Positions 46,770 to 60,648 of a DNA stretch of 64,000 bases are shown here, one piece after another (the first letter of the stretch is position 1; each line of letters starts with the position of its first letter). The stretch is from positions 372,310,001 through 372,374,000 of the forward strand of contig OZ024740.1 of NCBI GenBank assembly GCA_964016885.1. The letters run 5' to 3'. The translations under genes were made by a program, and so were the position numbers. The DNA is from Eledone cirrhosa. Lineage: Eukaryota. The notes under the pieces were generated by a model. The model ran no database searches. It was not told where the DNA came from and saw only the letters and a program-made list of their open reading frames with translations.

Positions 46770-49700
46770 GTAACACAGACACCACAACGGTCCAGGCCCC
46801 CACATCATCATCAAGTGATGATGAGGGAAAGCCTCTCCGTTCGAAAGGAAAGAAGAAAAGACACCACAAAAACAAAAAAAACAACAAACATCACTACAAA
46901 CATACAACCACCAACACAAACAACACAAGCATTACAACCCCCCCCCCGTCTCGAAAGCAAAACCACGACATCACTCCAAACACAAACACCTACACCAAAA
47001 CGAAAGCTCCCACAAGTACAACAGACAAAAAACACTGCAAAACAACAAGAACATTACACATACATAAACAGTAAAAACAAAACTGTAATGGAGGTCATCT
47101 CCTCCAACGACCCTTCGGTTTTCACCGAAGGGAAAACTTTTTCGACTGTGTAGACAGACCTAATTTAAAGATAATTAGGGTCCCTACGGACACCTATAAG
47201 TCTTTAAAAGAAAACTTTCCTAAGGACGTGGGTAATCCTTGTGTTAAACCCATTAACCGCGTCCTTTTAAAAAGTGTCCCCCCCTCACCCCAGACACCCC
47301 CACGCCACCAAACATCTCCGTCCCCACCCCGCCGGAAACCACCACCCACCCAGACAACTCCTCTAACACCCCCATGGAAAGCGTGCGGCCTGATCCCCCG
47401 GAGATAAAGAGGTGAGTGTTTTCTTCTCCTCTTTTAACTTTTCAGAACCAACATGGCCAATATAAGAGTTGGGTGTGTGAATCTACGCGGCCTGGGGATG
47501 CCCTGGAAACAGAGAAACTGTTAAACGACCTCAGGTGGCACAGTATTGATGTAATAGCCATTTGCAAGTCCAGGATCCACAGTGAGCGACAGCTGGCCCC
47601 CATCTTCGATGACTTTGAGATCTACGCATCTCTCTGTCAGCCGGGGGGTGGGGGCGGGGTTGCCGTTTTGCTGCGGAAACACCTGGGCCTCGTAACACAG
47701 ACAGTACGTCTGGACCTGGAGCGTCGACTGGTGGTCCTAGACGTTGACGGTAGTGAAGAAGGAGCCTTCAGGCTGGTGGGTGCATATGCCCCATCCGGGA
47801 CACCGCGGTCAAACTTCTTCAAACGTCTAGAGACTTTTCTGGGAACGTCCCACTCCTTGCTTTTAGTGGGGGACTGGAATGGAATCCGAGATGCACGTTG
47901 AGACTATGTGGGAGCATGTCCCGATAAAGGGGGGTGTAACATCCTCAAACAGTTAATCGGCCGATTTGACCTGGCCGATAGATATCGACTAGATTTTCCG
48001 ACTGTGCCACTGTGGACGTGGACTAATCGTAGCGGAACATCTAGATCGTACCTAGATAGGGTTCTAGTTAGGGATAGGGACATGTTAAGCTGTCCACAAA
48101 TGTTCATGGTTGCCTATTCAGATCACAAACTAGTGACCTGCATGGTCAACCTTGATAGAACCCATAGACAAGGACCCGGCTACTGGAAGCTGAACTGGTC
48201 GTTACCGACATGCAAAGCCTACCGTAGACGGATTAGCACTTTAGTTAAACAGCACTTGACAGGGGCCATTGTCAGCAACAGATGGTGGTACTCTCTCAAG
48301 AGGGCAGTTAGATTAGACTCGTTCGTTTTTAGTAAAGAATTAGCGTTAGATAGAAATAGAACCGAGAAAGAACTGGTTGATAAAGTAGACGAGGCACTTA
48401 GGAGTGGTAACGTAGCCAGCGACGAGTACGGCCTTGGACCAGTTCTTCGACGCAAAGCACGAATGCAGCGGTGTCAGGAGCAAAATACGTGCTCTGGGAA
48501 ACTAGGGAGCCAAAGCTGTTAGCTGGGCCCGAGTGATGGAGGCGAAAAGTGGCAACATGTCCACAATTCGGTCTTTGAAGGACCAAGACGGACGCGTGAT
48601 ACGTGAGCCGAAGCAGATGTGCGTGGCCTTTTAACGGCACTTTGCTCAACTGTTCGGGAAGGGCGGCGCGCCGGCAGGGGCTATAGATTTCGGTCCATAC
48701 CTCGAGGGCCTGCCGCGACTCTCGGACAGCAATGCGAAGTTCTGCGAAAGTGCGATTTCGGCCGCTGAGATAGGGGACGCGCTGAGCCAATGCGGCAAAC
48801 GCAATCTCCAGGTCTCGACGGTCTACCCTACGAATCTTACGTAGCAATGCCGGACTTGTTCTCCGGTCTCCTGGGAGCGGTCTACTGCAACTGGCAGCAG
48901 AACGGGAGAATTCCCAGTTCTGTGACCAAGGGTGTAGTCACGTTAGTCAGGAAGGACGAGATTAAGGGGGATAACATAGGCAACTTCCGGCCCATAACTC
49001 TGCTAAACACAGAGTTACAGATTCTGGCCAAGGTGTTGGCAAAGAAGCTGGCGCTTGTCGTCGAAAACCTGCTGGGAGAAGCGCAGACATGCGCAATCCC
49101 GACTAGGTCCATACACGACAACCTCCACCTCATGCGATACCTCTTAGAGAGAGTAGAGTGTAAAGGAGGCTTCGGTGGGGCCCTGATCAACTTGGATCAG
49201 TCTAAGGCTTTCGATAGGGTTGACCATCGTTACCTGGATGCGGTGCTCGAGGCAGCAGGCTTCAGAACCGTGTTCAGGGGCTGGATTGCTGCAATGCACA
49301 GCAGCAACATCTGCTCAAGGGTCAAGGTGAACGGCTACCTCTCGGAGCCGTTCCATATCACGCGATCCATCCGACAGTGATGCCCTCTCTCCTCCCTTCT
49401 GTACGTACTGACTCTCGAGCCACTACTGCGGAGGCTGGAGCTATTGCAGGGCATGCCTTTGGAACCGGGATTGCGAAAAGCGGCGTCGACCTACGCCGAC
49501 GACATGACAGTAATCGTTTCGAGCACCTCGCAAATTGGGGAGATCGGCACGTTACTGAAGGAATACGAAAGGTTCACAGGAGTGAAGCTGAACCTGGTCA
49601 AATCCGTCGGTTTGCAACTCGGAACGTGGAGAGGCACACCGATGCCTTCCGATGGCGTCGTCGGACGTTGGACGGAAGGACCGGTAAAGCTGCTCGGGGT

Positions 49701-51069
49701 CTGGTTTGGTCCGGACCTCCAGGCGGAGAATAACTGGAACGAGGTGACGGCCAAGTTGTTTTTCTCACCCAGAAGTGGGCCGAGTGCAAACTATCCTTGA
49801 AAGGTCGAGCGGAGGCGGCGAACACTTTTATAGCGTCCGTCATCTACTACCGCTTGACCGTCGTGCCTTGTCCAGCCAAAACGCTCACCAAACTGGAGCG
49901 CTCGGTCTTCCAATTCCTTTGGAAGAAACGGGTTCCTTTGGTGAGAAGATCCATCTGCTGCTAACACCCTTCAAACGGAGGGCTGGCGTTGCCGTGGCTG
50001 ACGATGCGCAAACACGCGCTCCGGCTACTGCACCTCCACGTATTCATCACCGGACAAACGGTGTGGGCCCCGTTCGTGAGGCAAACCTTCCCACGACTTG
50101 TCTCGCTGACCGAGCTGCAGTCATGGGTCAAGCAAAGACCGAGAAAAATGTGCGACTGGCACATCGAATGTGCTCAGGTGCTCACAGTTCTCTGGCAAAC
50201 GCACCCGGCGATCAGTGCAGACTCCACTTCGTCATTCTATAGAAGGTTGGTCTGCAGCAAGACGAGGACGAACTGGCCAGTCTGTTCGGTAAGACCTTCC
50301 GGCCGGGACCGATGCACAATTTCCAAAAGTCCTTGGCCTGGCAGTGCTACTGAGGAGCTCTACCAGTTCGAGACAAGCTCTACAGACACGGGCGCCCGGG
50401 CAGGACCCTTCGAAAAAGATCTGTCCGAGATGCGTGCGTGACGAGGAAACCGTCGCGCACGCATTTGCACACTGCCCGGGCGTTACCGACCTGTGGCGCT
50501 ATGTAGAACGACTATTGTCGCGCGTGGGACCAATCCAGTTGACCACCGAGTCCATTGTCTGATCAAACCGCCACCCTCCTTCAAAAACGAAGGAGAGGTG
50601 GTTTTTCTATGTGTAATGGCTATGGTGAAAGAGGTTATATAGTGGACGAGGCTAAAAGGGCTGAGGTCAGACACCTTTCTCTCCGGCGAACAACTGATTC
50701 GTTTTTTCAAAAAACATTTTGGAAGAAAAATCAGGATGGAGAGAGAGGTGCTGTACCACAGCAAATTTTATGCAAGGTGGGTAAATGTGGCAAAGATGGC
50801 CCGAGCTGTTGGGCCTTCTCACTATATAAGCCTGTAGGTTGAGGAAAAAGAGGAAGAGCGGAAGGCAGTACTGACTCTTAGTGCTCCTGGAGATGAGGGT
50901 TATACATATTTTTTCGGGGTGTGTACAACCCCTGTGTAACGCCTCTCCCCTATTGGGGATTTCAATTATTATTTGTTGTTTTATTAATTGTTTTATTTTC
51001 ATATACCTGTATGTAAACTCGCCATTTGTATTTGTCCCCTTCTTTTGTGCCCTTGTGGCTAATAAAGAC
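46770..51069 (+). mobile_element. Tx1/L1-clade LINE, 5'-truncated in ORF1, inserted in (TATC)n
   Basis: (TATC)n at 46683-46760 and 51073-51230; AATAAA at 51061; ORF2 domains in the next feature. Confidence 0.88.
47453..50837 (+). pseudogene. LINE ORF2 (AP endonuclease, RT, C-terminal CCHC), with multiple stops and frameshifts
   Basis: MANIRVGCVNLRGL start; AYAP, GDWN, YLDR, SDH, PGYWKLN; SPGLDGLPYE, FRPITLLN, DQSKAFDRVDH, YADD; CPRC..ETVAHAFAHC. Confidence 0.9.
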
Positions 51070-51071
51070 AT

Positions 51072-51118
<47 letters not shown>

Positions 51119-51170
51119 CCCCTTTGTATTTGTCCCCTTCTTTTGTGCCCCTGTGGCTAATAAAGAAATA

Positions 51171-51227
<57 letters not shown>

Positions 51228-51627
51228 GTCTATCTCTCTAACACCATATTTCTCCTATTTTTCTGTCCTGAACATTTAGCTTATCTCTGGTTTAATGTCT
51301 AGCTTTTCTCTCTAAACGACTTTTGTGATTTTATTCTTTATTTATATCTCACTAAGAGTCTCCTATATTCTCTCCTCTTTTCATTCTTTCTCTTTTCCTC
51401 ACTGCCATTTTCACTTTACGTTGCTGATGTAATATCATTTGACTATAATTACGTCCCTCACGAGCTGAAAGCATTTCAATGTCTTTTAAAAGGAAGATAA
51501 AATGATAAAATAACTCATTAAAAGAATGGTTACGATACCAAATTTTCTCAATGAATATTCGGAAGTAAATATTTCATATTTTCTGATTCATACAAAGCCC
51601 TGTAATTTGTAGAAAAGCAGTACAATC

Positions 51628-51710
<83 letters not shown>

Positions 51711-51740
51711 AAAGAATAGAGGTGTAACACACAAGTTATT

Positions 51741-52261
51741 ATATATTGGTAAACGGAATAGAAAATGCTGACAAATTGTTCACAGTGAAAAATAGTTTAA
51801 TTAGGAATAAGTGAGAATTAGTAATATCATTGGTTAGTATTCAGTTTGGGTTTTAAGTTTTACCGGTTGCGTATTTATAATGCTTTTCAAAAATAATTTT
51901 GAGATAGAGCGTCCGTGATGTTTGCTCTGATCTGATTAGTTTTGGGAATTCTACCTGTTTTTATGTTAAACAAGTGGCTCTAGCGGTATTAAAATAAGTT
52001 TTGCGCCAATTCGTGTTGCAAAAATTATTGTGGTCAAAACAATTTTAATTGGTCGGTAGAGGTCATGTGAATGTAAAAAATTGATTTTGCGCCAAATGTA
52101 GGTTTGTGTCGGCTGACTGAGAAATAAGTCTTTCACAACAAATATGGGTGTGTGTGTGTGTGTAGTAGTAGTAGTAGTAAAGAGGTTCGTTGTTGTGATA
52201 ATGGTCAGCAGGGATGTGTGTACGAACCGCAGCCTGTTGACAGTTCAAATGCCTATTAAGA

Positions 52262-52292
<31 letters not shown>

Positions 52293-52401
52293 AGCAGAGT
52301 AATTCGTGGTAGAGGGATGGTCAGTAGGAATGTGTCTGTAAGTGTGTGGGGGGTATTTTAACATGTTAAAATATATTTTTCAGCTCTTGTCATATACGGA
52401 G

Positions 52402-52460
<59 letters not shown>

Positions 52461-53755
52461 TGCGTGTGTGTGTATATGTCTCTTTGTATGTTAATGTACG
52501 CGTGTGTATGTGTGTGTGTATATATATGTGTGTGTGTGTGTGAGAATGTGTGTATGTGTGTGTGTGTGTGTGTGGACCAGTATTTATTTCTGGAAAAATG
52601 GTGTACATTATTCGATATTTTCAGTAAAATCGATTCTCTCAATAGAACATCAAAAACCTTAATAATAAAAGGTGTGAAATGATATATAGTATTGGCATAA
52701 TACCAAGGTGTGTGTGAGTGTGTGTGTCCAGATTGTACGTACTGCAAGGAGGATCCAGTAGGCCTTGCCGTATTGGAATACCTGTGCACAAATATGTATC
52801 TGGAGTGTGTCCAGAAATTGTATACCCGTGAACAAATTGTATACTTGTGCACAAATTGTACACATGTATCTGGAGTGTGTCCAGAAATTGTATACCTGTG
52901 TACAAATATGTATCTGGAGTGTTTCCAGATTGTACGTACTGCAAGGGGAATTCATTAGGCTTTGCCGTATTGGAATACCTGTGCACAAATATGTATGTGC
53001 CCATCAGTGTGCAATGCATGTGTGCGTTTATGTATGTGTGTGTGTCGGCACGTTTATATCTATAGACATCAAAAGGTATGCAAATTTGTGTATATTTGTG
53101 TTGCACCATAGAACATGTGTGTTTACGTATGTCATTGTGTTTATATGTGGGTAGAGATATGTGCTGATGTAGGTATGTATGTTGACGTGTGTATGTTGTG
53201 GGTTCGTCTTAGGGAGAAGTGTTTAGACGGGGTCCGTATTTGTTAATAAATTAAGATTCCTTGCTGATGCGCTGGGTGTGGGTGGCATTATCTTTATGCT
53301 GACCATTATCACAACAACGAACCTCTTTACTACTACTACACACACACACACACACACACATATTTGTTGTGAAAGACTTATTTCTCAGTCAGCCGACACA
53401 AACCTACATTTGGCGCAAAATCAATTTTTTACATTCACATGACCTCTACAGACCAATCAAAATTGTTTCGACCACAAGAATTTTTGCAACACGAATTGGC
53501 GCAGAACTTATTTTAATACCGCTGGAACCACTTTTTAAACATAAAAACAGGTAGAATTCCCAAAGCTAATCAGATCAGAGCAAACATCACGGACGCTCTA
53601 TCTCAAAATTATTTTTGAAAAGCATTATAAATGCGAAACCGGTAAGACTTAAAACCAAAACTGAATACTTACCAATACTATTACTAATTCTCACTTATTC
53701 CTAATTAAACTATTTTTCACTGTGAAAAATTTGTCACCATTTTCTATTCCGTTCA

Positions 53756-53762
<7 letters not shown>
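51741..53762. repeat. Large inverted repeat (arms ~51741-52210 and ~53297-53762) between two (TA)n tracts
   Basis: Arms are near reverse complements; right arm carries a decayed hammerhead TTGAAAA-gcat(tataa)atgc-GAAACCGGTA at ~53611-53648; spacer has (GT)n and short tandem repeats at 52720-52995. Confidence 0.85.
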
Positions 53763-53834
<72 letters not shown>

Positions 53835-53916
53835 AGTTATTCCGGGTTGAATCGGAGGTAACCACAGTAAGTAAGGTACTCAATACATAGCCGAGTTAAA
53901 TGTTTTAATATAGATG

Positions 53917-53967
53917 AGATTCTACAGGACTAGAACTGTTTCATTCTTTAGAAATCATCAGGAATCT
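53917..53967 (-). ncRNA. Hammerhead ribozyme (family F) in a PLE-like 3' fragment ~53830-54360
   Basis: agattc-CTGATGA-tTTCtaaaGAAt-GAA-ACAG(ttctagtc)CTGT-A-gaatct; flank 53840-53910 matches 33392-33456 in reverse. Confidence 0.8.
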
Positions 53968-54586
53968 GGCTGTCCGAAAGAAATGTTCTGGTATTTATAT
54001 CTTTTCTGGTGATAGGGGAGGGTGGGGAGTGAGACGGGTGGAGGTCATTGGTTGAAAGAAAAGGGAATTCATTAAAAGCTAATTCTTTAGGGCTATAATT
54101 TATATTTAGAGTGACAAAGGCAGAAAGAATTTTATAAACAAGTTCAGATTGGGGTGCCACTCCTTATTTTTAAGTTTTTAAGTTTCTCTTAAGCTAACAA
54201 TGCCTATATTTCAGGTGTCTATAAGATATTGGGGGTCGGTCATGGTTGAGGGATTTAAAGAAAAAAAAAATTCTTTAAAATCTAATTTTTTAAAGCTCCA
54301 CTTAGAGTGACAAAGGCCAAGAGAATTCTATAAACCAGTTCAAATATTGGGTGCCTATCATTATTGTCATGTTTCTCTTAAGCTATATTGCAGGTGTCAA
54401 CAGACACATTCACACATTCACACATTCACCCCCCCCCCCCACACACATATATATATAAATAAATATGCACATATACAAATATATCCAAACACATCTACAC
54501 ATATACACATATATACTCATATACATAAATACATAAATAGATATAGACAAATATATACATATATATATTTATATATATACATATAT

Positions 54587-54617
<31 letters not shown>

Positions 54618-54679
54618 CACATACAGATATATACATACACACACACATACATACATGTATATATATATACACTACATAT

Positions 54680-54744
<65 letters not shown>

Positions 54745-54748
<4 letters not shown>

Positions 54749-54980
54749 GGCTGCCAACTTGTTTTCGAGTACGGCCACTACTTTATATCCATGTAGGAGA
54801 ACCCCTAGCGATGCGCTGAACGACTGTGACTTTTTAGTCCAGCCAGCGACTTGAAAACTCTGGTACAGACACTACACTTGTGACAATTACTGACACATAG
54901 TTCAGGGCCCATGGTACCATGTGGTGACAAGTGCAGAGAGATCTCCAGATATAAAGCAATGCCTGTGCAGTGAAGCTTTT
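54745..54980 (-). mobile_element. 3' part of the RTE-derived element
   Basis: Reverse complement of ~37280-37515. Confidence 0.8.
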
Positions 54981-55221
54981 ATAGATACATATATACATAT
55001 ATATACATACACACATATATACATATATACATATATATATATATACACATACACTCATATACACACACATACATATAATAAATACATACATACTTATATA
55101 TATATACACACACACATATATATACATACATATACACATATATATACACACATATATATATACACACATATATACATATACATACATATATACATATATA
55201 TATATATACACATATACACAC

Positions 55222-55278
<57 letters not shown>

Positions 55279-55346
55279 TATACACAAATATACACATATA
55301 TATACTCATATACACACATATATACACACACATACATGCCTATATA

Positions 55347-55378
<32 letters not shown>

Positions 55379-55379
55379 A

Positions 55380-55413
<34 letters not shown>

Positions 55414-55945
55414 ATACATATACATATATACATACATATATATACACATGTATACACACATACACATACGTATACATATATACATACATATACACACACA
55501 CATACACACATACATACAAGCACACACATACATATACATATACATACATATATACATATACACAAACATATACATACATATACACATAAACACATACATA
55601 CACATACATATACATATATATACGCATAAAGAAATATATATATATATATACATAGACATACACTTACATATATATATACATATATATACATATATACATA
55701 TATATATATACATATATACATACATATATACACAAAGATATATACACAACTATATATATATATATATATACATATATATACACATACACATACACATAAA
55801 CATATATATATATATATAAATAAATACACACACACACATATAGACATACATACACATACACATATGTATATATATATATATATATACATATATACACACT
55901 TATATATACACATACATACACATACATACATATATATACAGATAT
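54981..55945. repeat. Degenerate (TA/CA)n microsatellite field
   Basis: Visible directly. Confidence 0.95.
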
Positions 55946-56067
55946 ATGACAAAAGTTCGATCGACTTTCGTCAAATCGGACCGAGGAAACAATGTTTCCG
56001 TTGGTCTTTCCAGTGCTAATACTATCTATCGGTCGCAACTCCAGGTAGAAGGAGCAACCTGAAATAA

Positions 56068-56143
<76 letters not shown>

Positions 56144-56362
56144 TTTTCCGTACTGTTGTAATATGAATATTACACACAGTAGATGGACAGCTCGCGCAGG
56201 GTTTACATATGCTTACATATATATATATATAGTATTTTCCATAGTGTTGTAATATGAATATTACACACAGTAGATGGACAGCTCACGTAGGATTTACATA
56301 TGTATACATGTATATGTATAAATGAATATATATATATATAGTATTTTTAGAAGTGTTGTAAT

Positions 56363-58742
56363 ATGAATATTACACACACTAAATGGACAGCTCACGTAGG
56401 GTTTCCAACAATGGAAAAGCACTTCCAAGATATGTCACTCAAAAATATCCCAACCCAAGGTAAAAAGGAATACTTATTGAGTATGATACAAAAAACAAAT
56501 GAATTCATTCGACGTGTCAGGTGGAAAACGCTCCACTATGATAGAAGCCGTATGAACTTACCATCAGAAAGTGGTGTAAACAACAAATTTGGTTTTAGAA
56601 CGTATAAAAACCCACCCACTAACCCACTATTAGATGCATTTGAGCAGGACCTGATGGACTTAATCCTTAAAATTAAATTCAAAGGACGTAACACCAACAA
56701 CAAACTGCAGAAAGATATTAAAAAACTACTGGACGACCTTAAAAACACCAAAGGAATTGTAGTAAAAGCGGACAAAACATCTAACCTGTATACTATGGAC
56801 TGCACTACATATTACAACTTCATTCGAAAAGAACTACATAAAAAATATAGAAAAACGAGTGAAGTAACCCTTAAGCACATCAATGATGAGGCATGCGAAA
56901 TAGTGAAAAATCTCGGAATCGAAGATAGGACAGGACCACTCTTACCGGCGGTACCCACCTTCAATCTTAAGGACCATAAGGTAAACTTTGATAATGACCC
57001 TAAAATTAGAGTAATCTGCCCCTCTAAATCAGATATAGGTAAAATAAGCAAATATATCTTAGATAGAATCATCCCCCAAATTAAGGCTAAGGTCAACATT
57101 AAACTCTGGGGGAAGACCCAAGAAGCAATTAGATGGTTTAATAGCATTAGCAATAAGAATAAATCTAAGTTTATCCAGTTTGATATCGATGAATATTACT
57201 CATCGATATCACCTGAAACTCTGAATAGAGCCATTGAGTTTGCTAAGGATAACTCTGACCTTACAAACGAAGAAATTAAGATTATATTAGAAGCTAGAAA
57301 AACTATAGTCAAATTTGTGAACAGTTATTGGGTTCGTAAAGATAGACCCTCCAACTTTGACATAACAATGGGCTCTAACGATTCGGCGGAAATAACTGAT
57401 ATTGTGGGCTTATTTATCGCCTTTAATCTCCAGGAAAAATTCAGTAATCTCCACGGTGGAATATACCGCGATGATGCTCTCCTCCTAGTTAAAAACCTAA
57501 ATAACCAAAAACTAGAAAAACTACGCAAAGATATAAGAAAACTACTACTCGAAATAGGACTAACTATAACATATGAACACAACCTTAAAGTAGTTAACTT
57601 CCTGGATGTCACACTCAATTTAAACTCTGGTCTGATTAAACCGTTTCATAAATTGAATGAAAATCTCAAGTACGTAAATGTTGGGTCTAACCACCCCATC
57701 TCTATAATTAAATCTATCCCTAAAAATATTTCCCTTAGAATCTCGGGTCTATCTTCTAACATACAAGTATTTAAGGAACACGCCGAGTACTACGATAACG
57801 CCCTTAGCAAAGCAGGCTACCTCAACAAAATAGAATATATAGATGAAAACAATCAAAACACCCAAAATAAATCCCACATAGGTAGAAATAATAACACAAC
57901 ACCAAACCACACTTACTACCATAGCGTACACACCAGTAAACCAACAAACAAAACTAATAGAAAGCGATGCAAAGAGTACTTATGGTATAACCCTGAATAC
58001 AATAGTTCCATTAGTACAAAGTTACCAGTACTCTTCCTTAAAATAGTTAGGAAACATGTTCCTACATCACACAAATACCACAAAATCCTAAACCCTACCA
58101 CTATAAGACTGTCATACTCTACAGCGTTAAACCCTGAACAACACATAAAAAAGATCAATACTAGAAGGTTAAACGAAAACACTAAAAACTTAAGTACAAA
58201 GAGCACAAAAAAAACAGTAGACAATACACTACAGAACATAAATAAACCACACCTAAGTTCGACCGCAACACTACTCCAGAGTAAACCTAACTACAAAACC
58301 AACGTACACAACTGTAACTGCACCTATCCTGACAATTGCCCCCTCGGCAATAACTGCCTTGAAAAAAATATCATCTATAAGTGTACCATTGAATCCGGAG
58401 GCAACGAGTTGTATTACGTGGGATCAACGGCAATATCGTTTAAATCTCGATTATATAGGCATTCTTACTCAATAAAACACCAGAGCCAAAGAAATGTAAC
58501 AACTTTAGCAGAAAAGCTTGGAACTCAGGTATAGCGATCAAAAGTTTACCCTAAAATGGGAGAAATTAGCTAAAACCCAAAGCTTTTCCAGGAGCCAAAA
58601 TTTCTGCAAATTATGTAATCCTGAGATTTATTACATAATCACACACAAGAAGAAACTGCTTAATAAGAGAATTGAACGAACATTATTCTGCCGTCACCGA
58701 ACTAAAACCCGTTTTTCCCACTACAAACTGAATATTACATAA
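56363..58742 (+). CDS. PLE RT + GIY-YIG polyprotein (723-aa open frame; one frameshift near 58520, C-terminus in 58518-58742)
   Basis: SLKNIP, ADKTSN, QFDI, FDITMGS, IYRDD, VNFLDV, CNC..CPL..C, IIY..YVGST..FKSRLYRH, CKLC..E..LLNKR..CRHR; real start may be MEKH at 56411. Confidence 0.92.
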
Positions 58743-59020
58743 ACGAGGGACATCCAACTATACAAATCCTCAATCTAGTTAGAAAAATATGAAAACAATC
58801 ACTTCTCAACATATATATGTACTATTAATAACCTTAAATTATCACACTAATAATGCATAAATATGCTGGTGAGAATTGGTGCGAATATGCTATAATGAAT
58901 GTGTCTAAAAGCGACCATATGTATGTATATAGGTGAAAATGTATATAAACAAGTAAATAAGTGGGCGAGTGTGTATATATATATTTGATAATTAAATGTA
59001 TGTGTATTCATGTATATGTG

Positions 59021-59086
<66 letters not shown>

Positions 59087-59193
59087 CATAGACAGGAGTA
59101 TGTATGTATATATGTGTGTGTCTATATGTGTGTATATGAAGATAAGTAGAGTATGAAAGTGTATATACATGAATGCGTATGTGGGTACATATA

Positions 59194-59231
<38 letters not shown>

Positions 59232-59650
59232 TTTATATGTGTATGTAAGTATGAGCATGTATGTGTATGTGAGTGTATGTATTTGTAGAGGTGTGCATAT
59301 ATGTATATGTGTGAATGTGTATGGGTTTTTTTTTTTAAATAAGTATATATACACATATATCTATGTGTGGGCGAATGGATACACACACTTGAAAGAACAA
59401 TTTAAGTCTGTATGTTAATTAAGTGCAAACACAAAACCAACCATGCATATCTTTACTATCTCTAATCCTTCTATAGATTTAGAAAAATAACCAACGCCAA
59501 ATAATGTATTCTATAAAAATGTCAAAACAACAGATGGGAATCTAATTACCCACTGCTATCAAAAATTTCTATCCACTTCCTTAACTATTCTTCTAACTTC
59601 ACTCCTCCCTTTTAATATTCTCTATAAAAACCAAACAAGTTCTCAATGAG

Positions 59651-59773
59651 ATTGTTCTGATGAAATGATAGTTGAAAATAACATTGAAATATTGAGTGTC
59701 TGCATAATTAATACTTTGTAGATAGCAGCCGTTTTCAGGTTATATAACTGTTATTGAAACACGTGTCAATAAA
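59651..59773 (+). ncRNA. Hammerhead with canonical core, GUC site and ~70-nt loop 2
   Basis: ttgtt-CTGATGA-aatgatagtt[72 nt]aactgttatt-GAAAC-acgt-GTC-aataa. Confidence 0.8.
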
Positions 59774-59804
59774 TTCATTTTACTGAACTGTATCCATTTA
59801 AATC

Positions 59805-59896
<92 letters not shown>

Positions 59897-59897
59897 T

Positions 59898-60084
59898 ATT
59901 TATTAAAATAACAGATTAAAGTTTAAGCAAAGAATCGGTGCTTTCACCCTTAACGGGATCTTCTGAAACTAACCTTTTTAAACTGTTATTTTAATAAATA
60001 TTTGCTCTACGGTTCTTATATATTTGATATATATTTATCCATATCGAGCCCTCTTTGGATTTTAGTCTTCAAATTTATTATTAT

Positions 60085-60090
<6 letters not shown>
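59898..60090. mobile_element. 5'-inverted copy of the family E terminal fragment between (TA)n tracts
   Basis: 59898-59973 matches 27749-27825 directly; 59982-60090 is reverse complement of 27657-27766. Confidence 0.8.
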
Positions 60091-60124
<34 letters not shown>

Positions 60125-60235
60125 ATAAAGTATATATCCCTACACGCAAAAAGCGTCTAGGGACACATGTATTGTCCAACCATATGCCAATGTGGTTCAA
60201 TGGCAGGTTAATAAATTAACGGAGCCAGAACATAT

Positions 60236-60606
60236 ATAATCAAGGTTTAGCAAATAAGAAAAAGTTTCAAAATAAATTTTAAAAAATTCACTGTACTCAC
60301 TATGGTTACCTTTACCGAATCGGTTTCGAGTCTCAAAAATAAATGGACAGTCCTTGCGGCCTTCCATTGAAAAGATAAACTCTCGGGAACAATTTTGAAT
60401 AGAGCCAGTTCGTAATTTGAACTCGGAATTTTATATTCTCCGAGTGAAAAGAACCTTCTGACGAGAGTTTATCTTTTCAATGGACGGCCGCAAGGACTTT
60501 CCATTTATTTTTGAGACTCGAAACCGATTCGGTAAAGGTAACCATAGTGAGTCCAGTGGATTTAAAAAAAATTATTTTGAAACTTTCTCTTATTTGCTAA
60601 ATCTTG

Positions 60607-60612
<6 letters not shown>
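60236..60612. repeat. Fold-back module with ~150-bp arms ending at (TA)n
   Basis: 60236-60385 is near reverse complement of 60462-60612. Confidence 0.9.
60453..60539 (+). ncRNA. Hammerhead ribozyme with canonical core and extended stem II
   Basis: acctt-CTGACGA-gagttt[..]agactc-GAA-ACCGA(t)TCGGT-A-aaggt. Confidence 0.8.

Positions 60613-60645
<33 letters not shown>

Positions 60646-60648
<3 letters not shown>

Larger units (their letters stand above)
56140..59806 (+). mobile_element. Second Penelope-like retroelement with triplicated 5' leader and 3' hammerhead
   Basis: Long PLE ORF; bounded by (TA)n at 56072-56140 and 59808-59890. Confidence 0.85.

Noticed and set aside
52720-52995. Repeat units that superficially resemble a CRISPR array
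   Set aside because: Eukaryotic context, no unique spacers, no cas genes; ordinary minisatellite-like duplication
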